Position numbers and translations under genes: made by a program. The notes beneath the pieces were generated by a model, which saw nothing but the letters and a program-made list of their open reading frames with translations, was not told the origin of the DNA and did no database searches. From a virus (taxonomy: Duplodnaviria; Heunggongvirae; Uroviricota; Caudoviricetes), in the IMG/VR virus record IMGVR_UViG_3300035501_000173: a stretch of 64,000 nt of DNA, one strand, 5' to 3'. This document shows, piece after piece, positions 24,179 to 36,537 of the stretch (the first letter of the stretch is position 1; the number at the start of each line of letters is the position of its first letter).

Positions 24179-27100
24179 ATAAACTAGAATATGGTATAAT
24201 TATACCAACTGTAGATGAGAATTATGCAAATCCTCTAAACTTACCCGTAATTGGTTACGTTTGGTCGCAAATAGAAAATGCTTACGGAACTTATGGATCT
24301 GATTACTCTAATAGTGATGCACAAGGTATTGTTGTAGCATACCCATATGGGGGTAATTCAATCAAATTACTGGTTTCTGCGGAAAGTAATTTAACCTATA
24401 ATTCTCAAACCTGTACGTATGTGTATGAAGTTACATTTGTACCTAGCACTGAATCTGGTAAATGGGTTAGAGGTACTGCATATTTACTCTCAGATTATTA
24501 GAACAATTTATCATTCCTATCAGGTTGTAATGCTCTAACTATTATTCAAAATTCTACAGGGGAGACAACAAGTCCATTTTTATCCTTAGTTCCTAATTAT
24601 AATGTATACCTTGCTGAAAGTACGGTACAACTTAGTAGTTCAGTTAGTGCAGAAGATAAGAGCAGCTGGAAAACTTATTTAGAATCTTTAGCTGGGCAAT
24701 ATAATTTTTACTATTGGACATATACCTTTGAACCGGGGAATCCTTATGGTATAAGAACCACAACATTGGTAAATTCTTCTGCTATAGAGCTTAACCCAGT
24801 TGATAAAACACAACAATAGTTTAATTATAATTTAACTATAACTCCAGATAACGATCAAACTAGTTTATCCGAAGTTACCATAGAATTTACTGATTACGAT
24901 GGTATTAGTTTTAATGAAGGTTGGGAGAGTTCTAGTAAACCAGAATTAATTGCTATAAATAGATTTGTAGATAAGTCTGTTCTAGAAACAACTTATTTAA
25001 CTAAAGATTAGGTAGATATTCCCTGGGGTGGAGAGAAAGCTAACAAGCTAGTACTAAAAGATTTAGGTATTGGAACTTCTACAGAGGCTCGAAATTATTC
25101 TATATATATTGCCGCTAATACACTATCCTTGTAGGAAGATAGTGATAATGCAACAAGTAATACAGTTATAGTAATTGTTTATAATTTACAAGCTACTAGT
25201 GCAGAAGAGGATGAAATAGCAGAATATGATATAGAATATGATCAAAAATTAAGCTACTTAAAGTTAAAACCTACCAATTTTAATATTTATGGTGTAGCTA
25301 ACAATAAATTATTAATAAATGGAGATTCTATTACAAGTTCAAGTATAGTAAATGTAGATGAAAACTATATTGAATATAATGGATTAACATCTTACGGTTC
25401 CGATAACGTTGATGAAGGCGAAGTTAGAACATATGAAATAACAATTCCAGCAAATACATTTGTAATAACTAACGCTAATTTATTATTAGCTTAGGATTTA
25501 ACCTTTACTGTTACGATTACAGGAACTAAAGAAGTGACTTCTGGTGAAGATACCAAAAATCCAGATTCGGGAGATTCTGAAAGTGGGGGTGATAATTCAG
25601 ACAATTCTTCTGGTGGAGGGGAAAATTCTGGCGATAATAACAATTCATCAGGAGGAGGCAATTCAGGGGAGGATTCTAATACACCAGAAACTGGTGATAC
25701 TAATGTATCTAAGTATGATGGTACTCTATTTACTATAGATGGTTATATAGATGATAAATTGAGTATTATTAATAACACCATGATTATTGGTGCTAATTTA
25801 TCTGAAACTACTAAGGTTACATTAAATAGAATTATTGTAGATGATGATAGTAATGCAATATGGTCTGATTCAGAAAAAGGTTATGTAAAAGCATGGTTTA
25901 GTTATTCCTATTATGATAGTAATTTTAAGTATGTTACAAAAACTTCCGCTTTCTAGAATATTACTAAGGATAACTATGCAGTAACTTTAAGTCTACCCAC
26001 TAATTGGAGATATGTTACTGTTACTTTAACTATGTAGTATGATGGTGGTACTATTACAGATACTTATGATATGTACAGAGTAAGTAGTAAATTGTATGAA
26101 TTATATATAGGCGGAACTAAAAGTATAAATAAGAAGATTGATTCTGAAACTATGGAAGAAATCATAGATACTGTAGTTTTAGCAGAACCTTCTGAATAGT
26201 GGGATATAATTCAAACCTCGATATATGATGGTACTACTTATTATAAAGCCAAAATCCCTTCAATTACTAAAGTTCGCTTAGGAAATCTTTCTGGAATTTA
26301 TAATGAGAAGTTTGGAACGAAACAACCTTATGGATATGGTCTTTATGGTGATAATGCTTATTTAACTGGAAACTTCTATTTAAATAATGGCAAGTCTTTA
26401 TTAGATGTTAGTAATACTATTACTATGGCTGTTGGAGATACTTCAAGGGTTGAATCTAATATATCTGATTTAAATGATAGACTAAAATCATTAACTAATG
26501 AAGTTTATAGTAATGTAGACTCTTCCGTTACTGAGCAATTAACAGATTTAAAAACTGCTATGACAGCTACTATTTCTAATGCAATATCGAATAATTAGGA
26601 TGCTGTTATGAGATTAGGAGGAGATTATGCTTTAATGGCTTTAGGTAGTGCTGGATTATCAATAATTAATCCAGATGTTAAATACAATGATGATGGGTAG
26701 GTTGATGAAACAACTATTGGGGATGGTGATGAATACATATTAATGTAGGGAGATAGTGTAAAAATTGCTACATATTCTAAAGGTAGTAATGGGGAGTATG
26801 AAGTCATTTATACTACAGTAAGCCCTAAGGATTGGAAGTATGTTAAAGGTGGGTCTACTCCTATGTAGGATGGTAACCCCGTAACTTTTGATACTACGAC
26901 TGTTGCTGGGTTTAGTGCTACGGTGGGAAGTACCACCGCTCTAAGATATGTAACTTATGAGAATTAGTTGTACTCTTTTTCATCTTGGCGTGAAGGAACT
27001 CTAAAAGGCGAGGCAATCTATTATGTGCCTAAAGTATCTTACACTGCATTATTTGAGGATGGTAAAATATCAGCAAATTTGATAGAAGTGGATACAGCGG

Positions 27101-28227
27101 TAGCTAATAGTGTTATTGCAACTGTAGAGAATAATTATGATGGGGATAAAGATAATCCGCTGAGACTAAAGGACTTTGATTTACCTTATGTTCTAATTAA
27201 TGGATCTACAGGTATGTTGAAAGCTAATATGATGTTTTTATCAGGAACTAATTATTTTAGCAATTCTAGTAATTAGCCAGTATTTATCACTGACCAAGGA
27301 GAAATTCTATTAGGATAGGTTATAGGTAATGATAAAATCCCAACTATAAATATTAGAATTGGTTAGGAGGGTACACATGATTTTAATCAAGAGGCTATAA
27401 CACTTAATAATGACCAAAACGCAAATGAAGGTAAGTATTGCTATAGTGCGGTTGCAAGCATTACTTTAACAGCTACTCGTTCTAAAAATTCTAGTGGAAA
27501 TTATGAGTATACATTGAATACAGATGGTTGGACTCCTAATAATAATTATAGTTATTATATAGATTTTGGGGAGTATTTTAGATTATATTATTACTCAGAC
27601 GAGCAAAAATTAAAAATATTTGCCAATACAGGTTATACGTACGAACATACATGGTTTGAGAATAAAGTAATTACTGCTGGAAGTTAGGTAACTATATAGT
27701 ATCCCCCAAGTTCAAGTTTTATCGAGTTTGAGTTTAATTATACTGATGGAAGATATTTATCTTAGCTTATTGACGGTAATTACTCTGAGTACAGCAGCGA
27801 AGCTTTTACAAAAGATGAGTTACAGAGTTTTTCTTATAAAACGAGTTATGAATCCTATTACAAAGAGGATTATAGTACCTCTCCTAATAAGGATTCTCTA
27901 AATCCTGTAGATACTATGGATCTAACTACAGCATTTAATAAAACATCAGTCACTAATGTATTAGACTGCACCACTACAGATTTTTATAGTGAATCTTCAC
28001 TTACTATTGGAAGTTTTGATACTATTCTTTATTTATAGACTTTATTTAAAGATACCGATACTAACGATACAGTTACTACTACAATGAGTTATTATGTGTC
28101 TAATATTTATGGCCCAAATAGCGTTATAGTATCGCAGTTTAAGTTTGCTGACAACTATATGAACATAACACCTTCAAAAATTTCTTATGGTGGGAAGGAG
28201 ATATTAAAAATGACAACTTCAAGTTAA
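24166..28227 (+). CDS. tail protein, C-terminal part (Ig-like segment, Gly/Ser/Asp linker, KVRLGNLSGI module), 1353 aa
   Basis: ATG 24166 overlaps the previous gene by 13 nt in another frame. Pieces 25534 and 26968 are in frame via TAG. KVRLGNLSGI...GYGLYGDNAYLTG at 26269-26370; TAA 28225-28227. Confidence 0.72.
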
Positions 28228-28251
28228 CTTAAAATCCTTATTTTACAAATA

Positions 28252-28284
28252 TTTGTAGAATTAATAGTATTTAAGGTATTATTG
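28252..28284 (+). promoter_or_regulatory. Bacteroidota-type promoter candidate (TTTG-N21-TATTATTG) for the capsid operon
   Basis: Intergenic, upstream of the scaffold-like and MCP genes. Confidence 0.5.
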
Positions 28285-28327
28285 TTTTTGTAGATGATAC
28301 ATAAACTTTTAAATGAATTAATGAATT

Positions 28328-29416
28328 ATGACAGAGGACGAAATTGATTTACTCCCTGATGATGTTGATGTTGATGATACTCAAGAAACAACTGATGATA
28401 GTTATAGCCAAACACAAGGTTATGACAATCTAACTGATTACTACAACGACTAGGAGACAGATACTAGTGGTACTGGGGTATCTCCAGAAAATCAAAATGG
28501 GACTATTAGCGATCCAGTAATGGACGCATATCTTAGATTTAATGGAATTCAAGATCCTTCACGTATTAAATTTGAAGGAACTGATGGTATTATGCGTGAA
28601 AGATCTTGGGAGGAGTTAAGTCCTTCCGAACAGTTAAATCTTTTAACTACATCTCAGGCACAACCTGAGAGAGATTTGGATGATAATGAAATTGCACTTC
28701 TAAATGAAATTAGAAGTAGAAATATTACTCCACAACAATATATAAATGCAATTCAGCAACAAGCAGCTCAAGATTATCAAGACTAGGCAGCAGCAAACCC
28801 TCAGTATCAAGTTGCTGACCTAACAGATGATGAACTGTTCATCTTAGACTTACAAGATAAGGTTGAAGATGCTACAGATGAGGAAATAGCACAAGCTTTA
28901 ATGAAGGCTAAAGAAGATCCACTCTTTGAAAAGAAGATGGCTGGAGTTCGTAGAGATTTGCAAGCACAAGAGCAGATGTATAACGAACAGCTTCAAGCTC
29001 AACAACAAGCTGCAGCAGAGCAAAATTTTGCAGATTTCCGAGATGCTGTAATTGATGGTATTCAATCATTTAACAAGGTTGGCGACTTAGATGTTAGTCT
29101 TGAGCCAGAAGACCAAGAAGACATAGCTGCATTCATCTTAGACCGAGATGAAACTGGTATGAGCTATCTTGGCAAAGCTCTTAATGATCCGAAAACTCTT
29201 GTAGAGCTTTCTTGGTGGGCATTAAAAGGACGCTCCGCTTTTAGAGATATTTAGGACTATTTCATTAATGAGATTAAAAACGTCAGACAGGAAAGCTATT
29301 AGAAGGGCTTGTTTGATGGAAGAAATGGAACTTCTAAAGTAGTAATGCGACCCCAAAATACCAATACATACAATGCTGGTAGACAGGTTGTATCGCAAGA
29401 TGATATTTGGGGATAA
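28328..29416 (+). CDS. acidic coiled-coil protein preceding MCP (putative scaffold; crAss gene-77-like), 362 aa
   Basis: Joins ORF pieces 28520 and 28901 via TAG; Asp/Glu/Gln-rich; conserved position upstream of the MCP. Confidence 0.75.
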
Positions 29417-29443
29417 TATATAAACCTAAAATTTAGTTAAAAA

Positions 29444-30868
29444 ATGATCGTAGCAAGTTTTACAACTTAGCGTCCTACAATGTCTGAGACGCATACGTAT
29501 GAAGATTTTTATAAGTTCTTGGGAACTAAGCCTCACATGTTGGGTATTGTTTCTCGTATGAACACTGACTTGACTGCCGATTATCTTACTCGTTCACTTG
29601 CTAATATTTTCTATAATGACGAGAAGAAAGGCAACAAGTTCCAAAACATTGATTCTATGTACTGGGAGTGGGAAATCGAAGATAACTATATCAAGAGAAT
29701 TCCTTTCGCAGCTGATGTAGAAGAAACTGGTGCTAACGGTACCGAAATTACAATGGCTTTCACAGAGCGTTACTTTGAAAAGTATGATATTTTCAAGATT
29801 GATGAAAGTCGTCAGCAATGTATTGTAGTAAGTCAACCTGTTCGTAAGGCTGATAACTACTGGGAAATTCAAGTTCGTCTTATTGATAATTCTTATGATA
29901 CCGAGCTTGATACTTCTGCTTGTCAGAAGGGTATGACGGCACGTTTCCAATCTAATGCTCATCCTGAATTGTCAGAAGAGGGTTACATTAAGGAACAAAG
30001 TTCTGTAAGTAAGCATCGTAACTATCTTACCATGTTTCGTAATGATGCAAGTTATTCTGAACTCTACAAGTTGCATGAGTCAACCTTTATTAAGATTGCT
30101 CAGGGTCAGAACCAGGGCGATTTGAAGGAAACTATCTATAAGATGGATCCTGTAGAGAAGAAGTTGCTTGATAACTTTATGTTGAGCCGTGGTCAAGGTT
30201 TGTTGTTCAACAAGTGCAACATCAATCCGAAGACTGGTAAGCCCACTATTGTTGATCCCGATACTGGTCGTCCAATTCCTATTGGTGATGGTCTTGTACC
30301 GCAAATCGAGCGTTTTGCTTCTAAGTATGCTTATTCTAAGTTAACTCTTGAGGTATTTAACACTATTATTCGTACCTTGAATGAGAAGCAAAGTAAGTCT
30401 ACTGGTAATAAGTATCACTTCATCATGAATGATAAGGCATGGAATGATCTCCAGTTTACTCTTGGCGATTATTTGGCTCGTTTTAAGACTGATGGTGCTT
30501 ACATGTGGTCTAAGGCTGCTAATGGTTATGTAAAGATTGGTGCTACTTATGATTCTTATGAGTATGGTGGCAACCAAATTACCTTTACTACTGACCGTGC
30601 TCTTACTCGTGAGTTTGGTAATGACAAGGGTTACTTCCTTTGCATTGACCTTACTGCTGATGAAGCTAAGAACCAACCTGCTGTAGCACAGTTCTCATTA
30701 AAGGGTAAGGAATTTATTTCTAACTCTATCGCAGGTGTTGGCGGACTCTCTGGTGGTCAGAGCGGCCCTGTTGCTTCACCTGTTGCTGGTAGCAAATTGA
30801 TTATTCATGGATATGCAGGTATCTGCGTATTCAATCCTTATCGTAGCTTTATTGCTCGTGAAATCTAA
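29444..30868 (+). CDS. major capsid protein (crAss-like), 474 aa
   Basis: MIVASFTT(TAG=Q)RPTMSETHTYEDFYKFLG...; crAss MCP motifs RFQSNAHPELSEEGY, IGDGLVPQIERFA, GICVFNPYRSFI; TAA stop. Confidence 0.93.
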
Positions 30869-30897
30869 TAAGATAATTAAATCCTATTAATAAGATT

Positions 30898-30922
30898 GGG
30901 GAGGCTCGATGATAGCCTCCCC
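30898..30922 (+). terminator. GC-rich hairpin after MCP (attenuator or mRNA stabiliser; weak U-tract)
   Basis: GGGGAGGCT-CGATGAT-AGCCTCCCC. Confidence 0.6.
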
Positions 30923-30944
30923 GTAATTATATGCTAATGTAAAT

Positions 30945-31796
30945 ATGTCAATCGCAACAAATGATATTATTGTATTAAGAAGTGTTTTTGGAAAAGTTGG
31001 TCAGAAATACTTTATTCAACCTGTAAAAGATCCGAAAACAGGTCGTTATCCTGATTTTGTAAAGAGGGTAAACTCACAAGGAGATATGATTTTAACTGAT
31101 CAGGAGCGTAACAGTAGGGAGTATTTTATTCCTGAAACGGAAGTTTTTGTTATTGAGGATGGTAAAACATTCAATCTTAATGACGAAGTAGAGAGAAAGC
31201 AGTGGGAAGCTATTAAGAATTGTTCTTACATTGCACCCTCTCGTTATGCTAAAGATAGTAAGGGTGACTCATTAATTGATGGAACTTTGGGTTGGAAGAA
31301 TCCGAATCCTCGTTATGGTCAAGCAGAACTTTATGTTTACAAACCCGAAGCTGAAACTAATCGTCGTCTCCAGAAACGTGATTTGTTCCGCAAAGCACTT
31401 AACTTTATCTATGAAGATGAGAAGGGCAATGCAGGACGTGTTCTTATTGCACGTTTACTTGGTAAAAATATGAATGGAGTAAGTGATGGTGAAGTTACTG
31501 ACTTCTTAGTTTCTATCGCTGAAACAGATCCTAATAAGATAATTAATCTTTACACTGGTAGTGATACTACGTTACGATTGCTGTTTATTGAGGCAAAGGA
31601 TAAGCATGTAATCTATGTAAAGAGCAAGCTCTATATGTACGCTGAGAATATTGTATTGGGAGCTACAGATGATGCTGTTATTACATGGATGAAAGATCCA
31701 AAAAACCATAAGCTTCTCGAACTCATTAAAAGAGATACCTATCCAGAAATGTATCAATCTGAGGAACCAGAGAAGCCTAGCAAATCTTCTAAATAA
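30945..31796 (+). CDS. conserved crAss protein following MCP (gene-75-like), 283 aa, TAG-free
   Basis: Complete ORF in the conserved post-MCP position. Confidence 0.8.
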   Translation: MSIATNDIIVLRSVFGKVGQKYFIQPVKDPKTGRYPDFVKRVNSQGDMILTDQERNSREYFIPETEVFVIEDGKTFNLNDEVERKQWEAIKNCSYIAPSRYAKDSKGDSLIDGTLGWKNPNPRYGQAELYVYKPEAETNRRLQKRDLFRKALNFIYEDEKGNAGRVLIARLLGKNMNGVSDGEVTDFLVSIAETDPNKIINLYTGSDTTLRLLFIEAKDKHVIYVKSKLYMYAENIVLGATDDAVITWMKDPKNHKLLELIKRDTYPEMYQSEEPEKPSKSSK

Positions 31797-31807
31797 TATT
31801 TTAAACT

Positions 31808-33049
31808 ATGTCAATGACTGCTAGACAGATTTATGAAGGCGTATTAGTTGAAATGAATAAAATACAAGCTCCTAGTATGTTGCTTGAAGACTTTAATTAT
31901 TTCATTAATAAGGCTATAAATCAGTACATTAACAAGAAGTATAACATTTATGATGTTAATCAGCAGGCAACCGATGATTTACGTGTATTGAAAGCAACTA
32001 TGGTACTTAAAGTTGCGAAAACTGATAAGTACGGGCCTATAAATGAATTAGGTGATGTTGTTTCTCGTAACTCAATGTTTGGTGCTACTTACGAAGCCTT
32101 CTTGCCTGAGGATTATTTACACATGCTTAATTGCATCTGTAATTACAAAGTTAAAAAGCAGTTCAAGTGCTATGACCCAAACACTTATGTACAGTTTGGG
32201 GCAACAAGATTAACGGCAGATTTATGGGGACAAATCTTGAACAACTTCTACATGAAGCCTTCTTACAAGAAGCCCTATTATTATCTGCACAATGTAAATC
32301 CCGTAGCTAAAGCAGATGGAGCTACTGATGATTCTGATGTAGCATCTTATGGACACGTTCCTACTAATCCTTACGATGCAACTACTAACCCGTATGGTAC
32401 AGACATGAATGTAAATCCTTATGGGGTTACAGTATCTTCAGAAACATCATCCAGTGTTTACATTCCTGTGAAATCCGGAGAATCTTACGATTCAAGTAAA
32501 GAGTATTATGTTTTAGACACTGATACAGGTTCTTATAAGAAAATTTCAAATGCTTCAGGAGCTAATTTCTTAAATAGAACCGCTACTTGGTATTCTCTGG
32601 AAACAACTGAGGCTGGCGATCCCTATGTAGTAAACTAGGGAGGTAATTCTAATTTACCAAGAACTTTTAAATTAAGCTCACCTTTAGCTAGTGGAAGTTC
32701 TATCGCATCTTTAGTAGAAAAAGCTACAGCTCAAAGAATTGCTAACCCTTCACAAGTACGTATTGAAATTCGTACAGGTAAGGATAGTTCTATCTTTGAT
32801 TTACAAACTATTTACATTGATTATATTAAAGCTCCATAGCACATTCGCTTAACTCAAGAGTAGATTGACTTAACCGAGGATACATCTCAAATGATGGAAT
32901 TTCCCGATTATGTATGTCAAGAGATTATTAATGAGCTGACCCATTTAATTATGGAAAATTCAAGCGATCCTAGATTACAATCACACATGCCGCTTTCAGT
33001 GTCTATTGCAAACCCAGCTCAACAAGCAAGTAGCGCGGCACAATCTTAA
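31808..33049 (+). CDS. putative head-tail ring/adaptor protein (gene-74-like), 413 aa
   Basis: MTARQIYEGVLVEMNKIQAPSMLLEDFNYF...; reads through TAG 32636 to the C-terminus IDYIKAPQHIRLTQEQIDLTEDTSQMMEFPDYVCQEII; TAA 33047-33049. Confidence 0.75.
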
Positions 33050-33066
33050 TTTTAATTTTTTGAGTT

Positions 33067-34083
33067 ATGTTAAATTATACTACTACTACCATCGTAAATG
33101 ATGGTTCTACCGTAAGTGTCAAGGAAATTGGCTCTACTGGTAATAAGAAACTTGTCGTAGCTTTTGCTCCCGAATTGTGGATTGATGATAAGCATAAGCC
33201 CACAGTTTTGGCTAAGACTCCTTATCAGGCAGCTCAGAAGGCTAAGGCTACTATCTCTAGTCTTCCTACTGATTCAGGTGTTTATCGTATTGCTTTGTAC
33301 ATTCGTTTGCGTAATAACCAAAATCCTTACTTTAGTAATGACTGGACTTTCAAGGGCAAGCCTTTGTTTATTGAATTTAATGGTGGTTCTACTGCTAAGC
33401 AGATTGCTTCTTTAGTTAAGAAGTATTCTCTTGTACAATATGGTTATGACCTCGTAAAGGTTAAGGCTAATGGTAGTTCTTTGGAAATTGAAGCTGTTGA
33501 CCAGTGGGAGATTTTCATGGATCAAGATGCTAATACTGGCGTTAAGGTTCAAGAGTTGGCTACTGTTGATATGGCTGGTAAGGTTGTTGCTTCTGGCACT
33601 ATTCCCGCATCTCCTACTCACGAAGCGTTTGTAGATAACACTTCTGTGACTGTAACTGTTGATAACGGTAATGAAGCCTTTGGTGACTTTGCCCACTTGG
33701 TTAAAGACTTACGTCTTCCGACTGGTGCTAACTTGCGTTGGCAAGGTATTGCTCAGGGTGATGTATTTGGTGACGAGCCTAACGATGATAGACCGTTGCC
33801 TACTGGTAAGTATACTCAATATACTATTCAGTATGATTCTGAGCGTGGTATTCTCCAGCAAACAGCTCTTGGTGGTCTTGCTACTTCTAGAACTGTTCAT
33901 GTATTCTATGTAGAGTCAGAAGCTGTTTCTGCATTTGATGCAGCTTTAGAGGAAGCTGGCTTGACCATACCAGAATCTAGTTCTTCTAGTTCTACAACAA
34001 CTGATTCTAGCTCTTCTAGTTCATCTAACTCTTCAGATTCTGATTCAGATCCTTCTAAACCGGGAGAGGATGGAATGATTTAA
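33067..34083 (+). CDS. putative auxiliary capsid (decoration) protein, 338 aa, TAG-free, Ser-rich tail
   Basis: Complete ORF with MCP-like codon usage; FGDFAHLVKDLRLPTGAN motif; followed by a terminator. Confidence 0.65.
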   Translation: MLNYTTTTIVNDGSTVSVKEIGSTGNKKLVVAFAPELWIDDKHKPTVLAKTPYQAAQKAKATISSLPTDSGVYRIALYIRLRNNQNPYFSNDWTFKGKPLFIEFNGGSTAKQIASLVKKYSLVQYGYDLVKVKANGSSLEIEAVDQWEIFMDQDANTGVKVQELATVDMAGKVVASGTIPASPTHEAFVDNTSVTVTVDNGNEAFGDFAHLVKDLRLPTGANLRWQGIAQGDVFGDEPNDDRPLPTGKYTQYTIQYDSERGILQQTALGGLATSRTVHVFYVESEAVSAFDAALEEAGLTIPESSSSSSTTTDSSSSSSSNSSDSDSDPSKPGEDGMI

Positions 34084-34104
34084 TTTAAAATAAAACTATA
34101 ATTT

Positions 34105-34147
34105 AAGGAGGCAAGGCTATTAAAGCCTCAGCCTCCTTTTATTTTTA
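34105..34147 (+). terminator. intrinsic terminator
   Basis: AAGGAGGC-AAGGCT-ATTAA-AGCCT-CA-GCCTCCTT followed by TTATTTTT. Confidence 0.85.
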
Positions 34148-34151
34148 TAAT

Positions 34152-34829
34152 ATGTACACTAAACTAGCATCTGCTATAATTAATGATGTGTATTCGGGAT
34201 TGGCTGGATTGCATCATAACATTTCAATGTCTATTGAGTAGTTAGAAGATGAAATAGTTTCAACCCGATTACAAGTAATTAAAGAATACCAATTAAAGGG
34301 AACCTTACCAATTAAGGATTTACTTCTTGCAATTAACTGCATTAATGTAGATTGTAAAGATTTAGAAAGGTGCCCTGCTTGTAAACAAGGTGATAAAACC
34401 CCTCAATACCACTTTGAAATTCCGTAGATACTTAATGAGTTTGGAGCTGCTGCTATTGGCTATGTTGGGTCTGTAGATAGAATGAATGCGTTTCCAGTTT
34501 ATGTATCTCCTGATTTTACAAACTTATATTAGAAGTATCGTAAAAGAGGTAGAAACAAGCCTTACGTATTTATAGATCCAGTACCTAACGAGAATAATAT
34601 GTACGATGGATATATTTTTAATGCTCCTTTAATAAAGACCATTTCTGTAGTTGCTATATTCAAAGACCCCAGACAATTAGATGGTTATGGGTGTTGTAGT
34701 GATTTAGACAATCTAGAGAACATGACCTTTATAGACAAGGAAGTTAAGAATAGATTAACTTAGGAGAAAATTCAGTATTATCGCTAGTTTCATGCAGTTA
34801 ATTAGCCTAACGATCAAGCTTATCACTAA
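34152..34829 (+). CDS. putative ring/neck protein (gene-73-like), 225 aa; absent from the standard-code ORF track
   Basis: MYTKLASAIINDVYSGLAG...IEQLEDEIV...VAIFKDPRQL; several TAG read through; TAATG-coupled to the next gene. Confidence 0.75.
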
Positions 34830-35515
34830 TGGATATACATTACGCACAATATTTAGCAAACGAACTCTATGGAGTTGAAATGTCAGAAGATAGATTTGAA
34901 GAACTTGCTTTAATTGCTTATAATCATATTGGAAATAAAAACTGTAAACTTTATCGTTACTTTGCTAATGTAGACCCACAAACTTTAACTGCTGATTTAC
35001 CTTGTAATTGTCTTTATGTAGAAGCTGTAACAGGTGCATTAGAAGACTGGGAACATGTAACTAATAAAGACTACAATGGTAATATGGATTCAGCTGTTAT
35101 TGAACAGTATATAGAATCTACTAAAATGTTCATGGATCCTCTTTACACTCCGGGTAAATATTTAAAGTACGAAAGAATTGGTGATAAACTATACTTCGAT
35201 AAACCTTATGGTTTTGTAGGAATTCTCTATAAAGGACAGGTACTTGATGATAATGGATTACCAGATGTAAATGATAAAGAAGCTTTAGCCATTGCTGCTT
35301 ACATAGCTTATACTTAGTTATATAAACAAGGTTTACAAACTATGAATGGTAATATAGTACAAATGGCTTAGCAATTAAAGTAGGATTGGAACATTAAATG
35401 TGATTAGGCAAGAACTCCAGAGTAGATTAATCAAAATGAGATGGATGAGATATTAGATGCAAAAACTAATTGGAATCGTAAACAATTTAGAAAAACATAT
35501 AAACCTTTGTTATAA
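34829..35515 (+). CDS. putative tail tubular/ring protein, 228 aa
   Basis: Extends ORF 34829..35317 through 5 TAG to TAA 35513-35515; GLPDVNDKEALAIAAY...W..KC.QAR pattern. Confidence 0.7.
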
Positions 35516-36537
35516 TGAGATATGCGTTAGGGTATGCTTGGAAATTGCCCGAAATTTATGAAAACTTTAAGGTTGATAAACTTATAGCAGATATATACTC
35601 TCTTAAATAGGTATATAGTGCAAATAGTAAAAGAGATTTCTGCTGTAAAGTACTTAGAAGTTGTCTTAAAATTATTGTTGATGATATAATTGAAAATGAT
35701 GTAGAATTCCAGCTACCTACGGGATCTCGTAAGACAAGTATAAGAATGCGTACATATAGAGATGTAGATTTTAAAACTGCTAGACAACATGGGAAATTCA
35801 TGGATGTGGATTTTCTTAATTCTAACTTTACAGCTAATCAACTACAGCTCTATATGTATGGGCATCGTAATATTCCAAAAATTAGACCTATATACGTTAA
35901 CAAAGATATTAAAGACAGGATTACTTAGTACTCAAATTAGGCTAGAATCTATTACGGTAAGATTCAGAAGACTATTAATGATTATTTACCCTTAGTGTAG
36001 TAGCTTTACCCTATAATCCCCATATCTGATTTAACGAAAATTTTGAATTTTGGTTTTAAATCTTTATATTTGGTGTGTAGCTATGGCGGTGATGTGAGTA
36101 TAAGAGTACAAAACTTTTGGCTCTATATAGGCTACCTTTACAGGGATTCTCTTGCATTCTTTAAATATTATAAAGTAAAGCTGTGTAATAAAATGCGAGT
36201 TTTGTCCACACGCCATAAAGTTCCTTGGGATGGATATTATTATTTTGCTTTAAATGATACTCAGCATGAAGCTTATTAGAAAGCAATACATAGCTTTGGA
36301 AGACCTAGGAAACATTATATATTAAAGAATATAAAGTTTTACAAACTAAAGGAAGAGTGTTTAATTGCAAATAGCTCATTTAAACATTTTTATAGAATGC
36401 CTTATCCTATGGTAAATGGTTTTTCATTTTTCAAAGAAAAACTAGATGCAGCTTTAGGAGTAGAACATATATTAGATAGAGAACCTTTAAAATTAAAAGA
36501 TATATTAACAACTAATTATAATTATGAATTAATATGA
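35515..36537 (+). CDS. basic conserved protein, possibly of the crAss IHF/HU-like family, 340 aa
   Basis: Joins pieces 35746 and 36043; TAATG and ATGA coupling on both sides. The family assignment rests on position and memory of crAss gene order. Confidence 0.55.

Noticed and set aside
25540-25700. Gly/Ser/Asp/Asn-rich stretch (also Ser-rich 34000-34060 and Thr-rich 50920-51090) as DNA repeats or CRISPR
   Set aside because: These are low-complexity protein linkers without fixed-length repeat-spacer structure.
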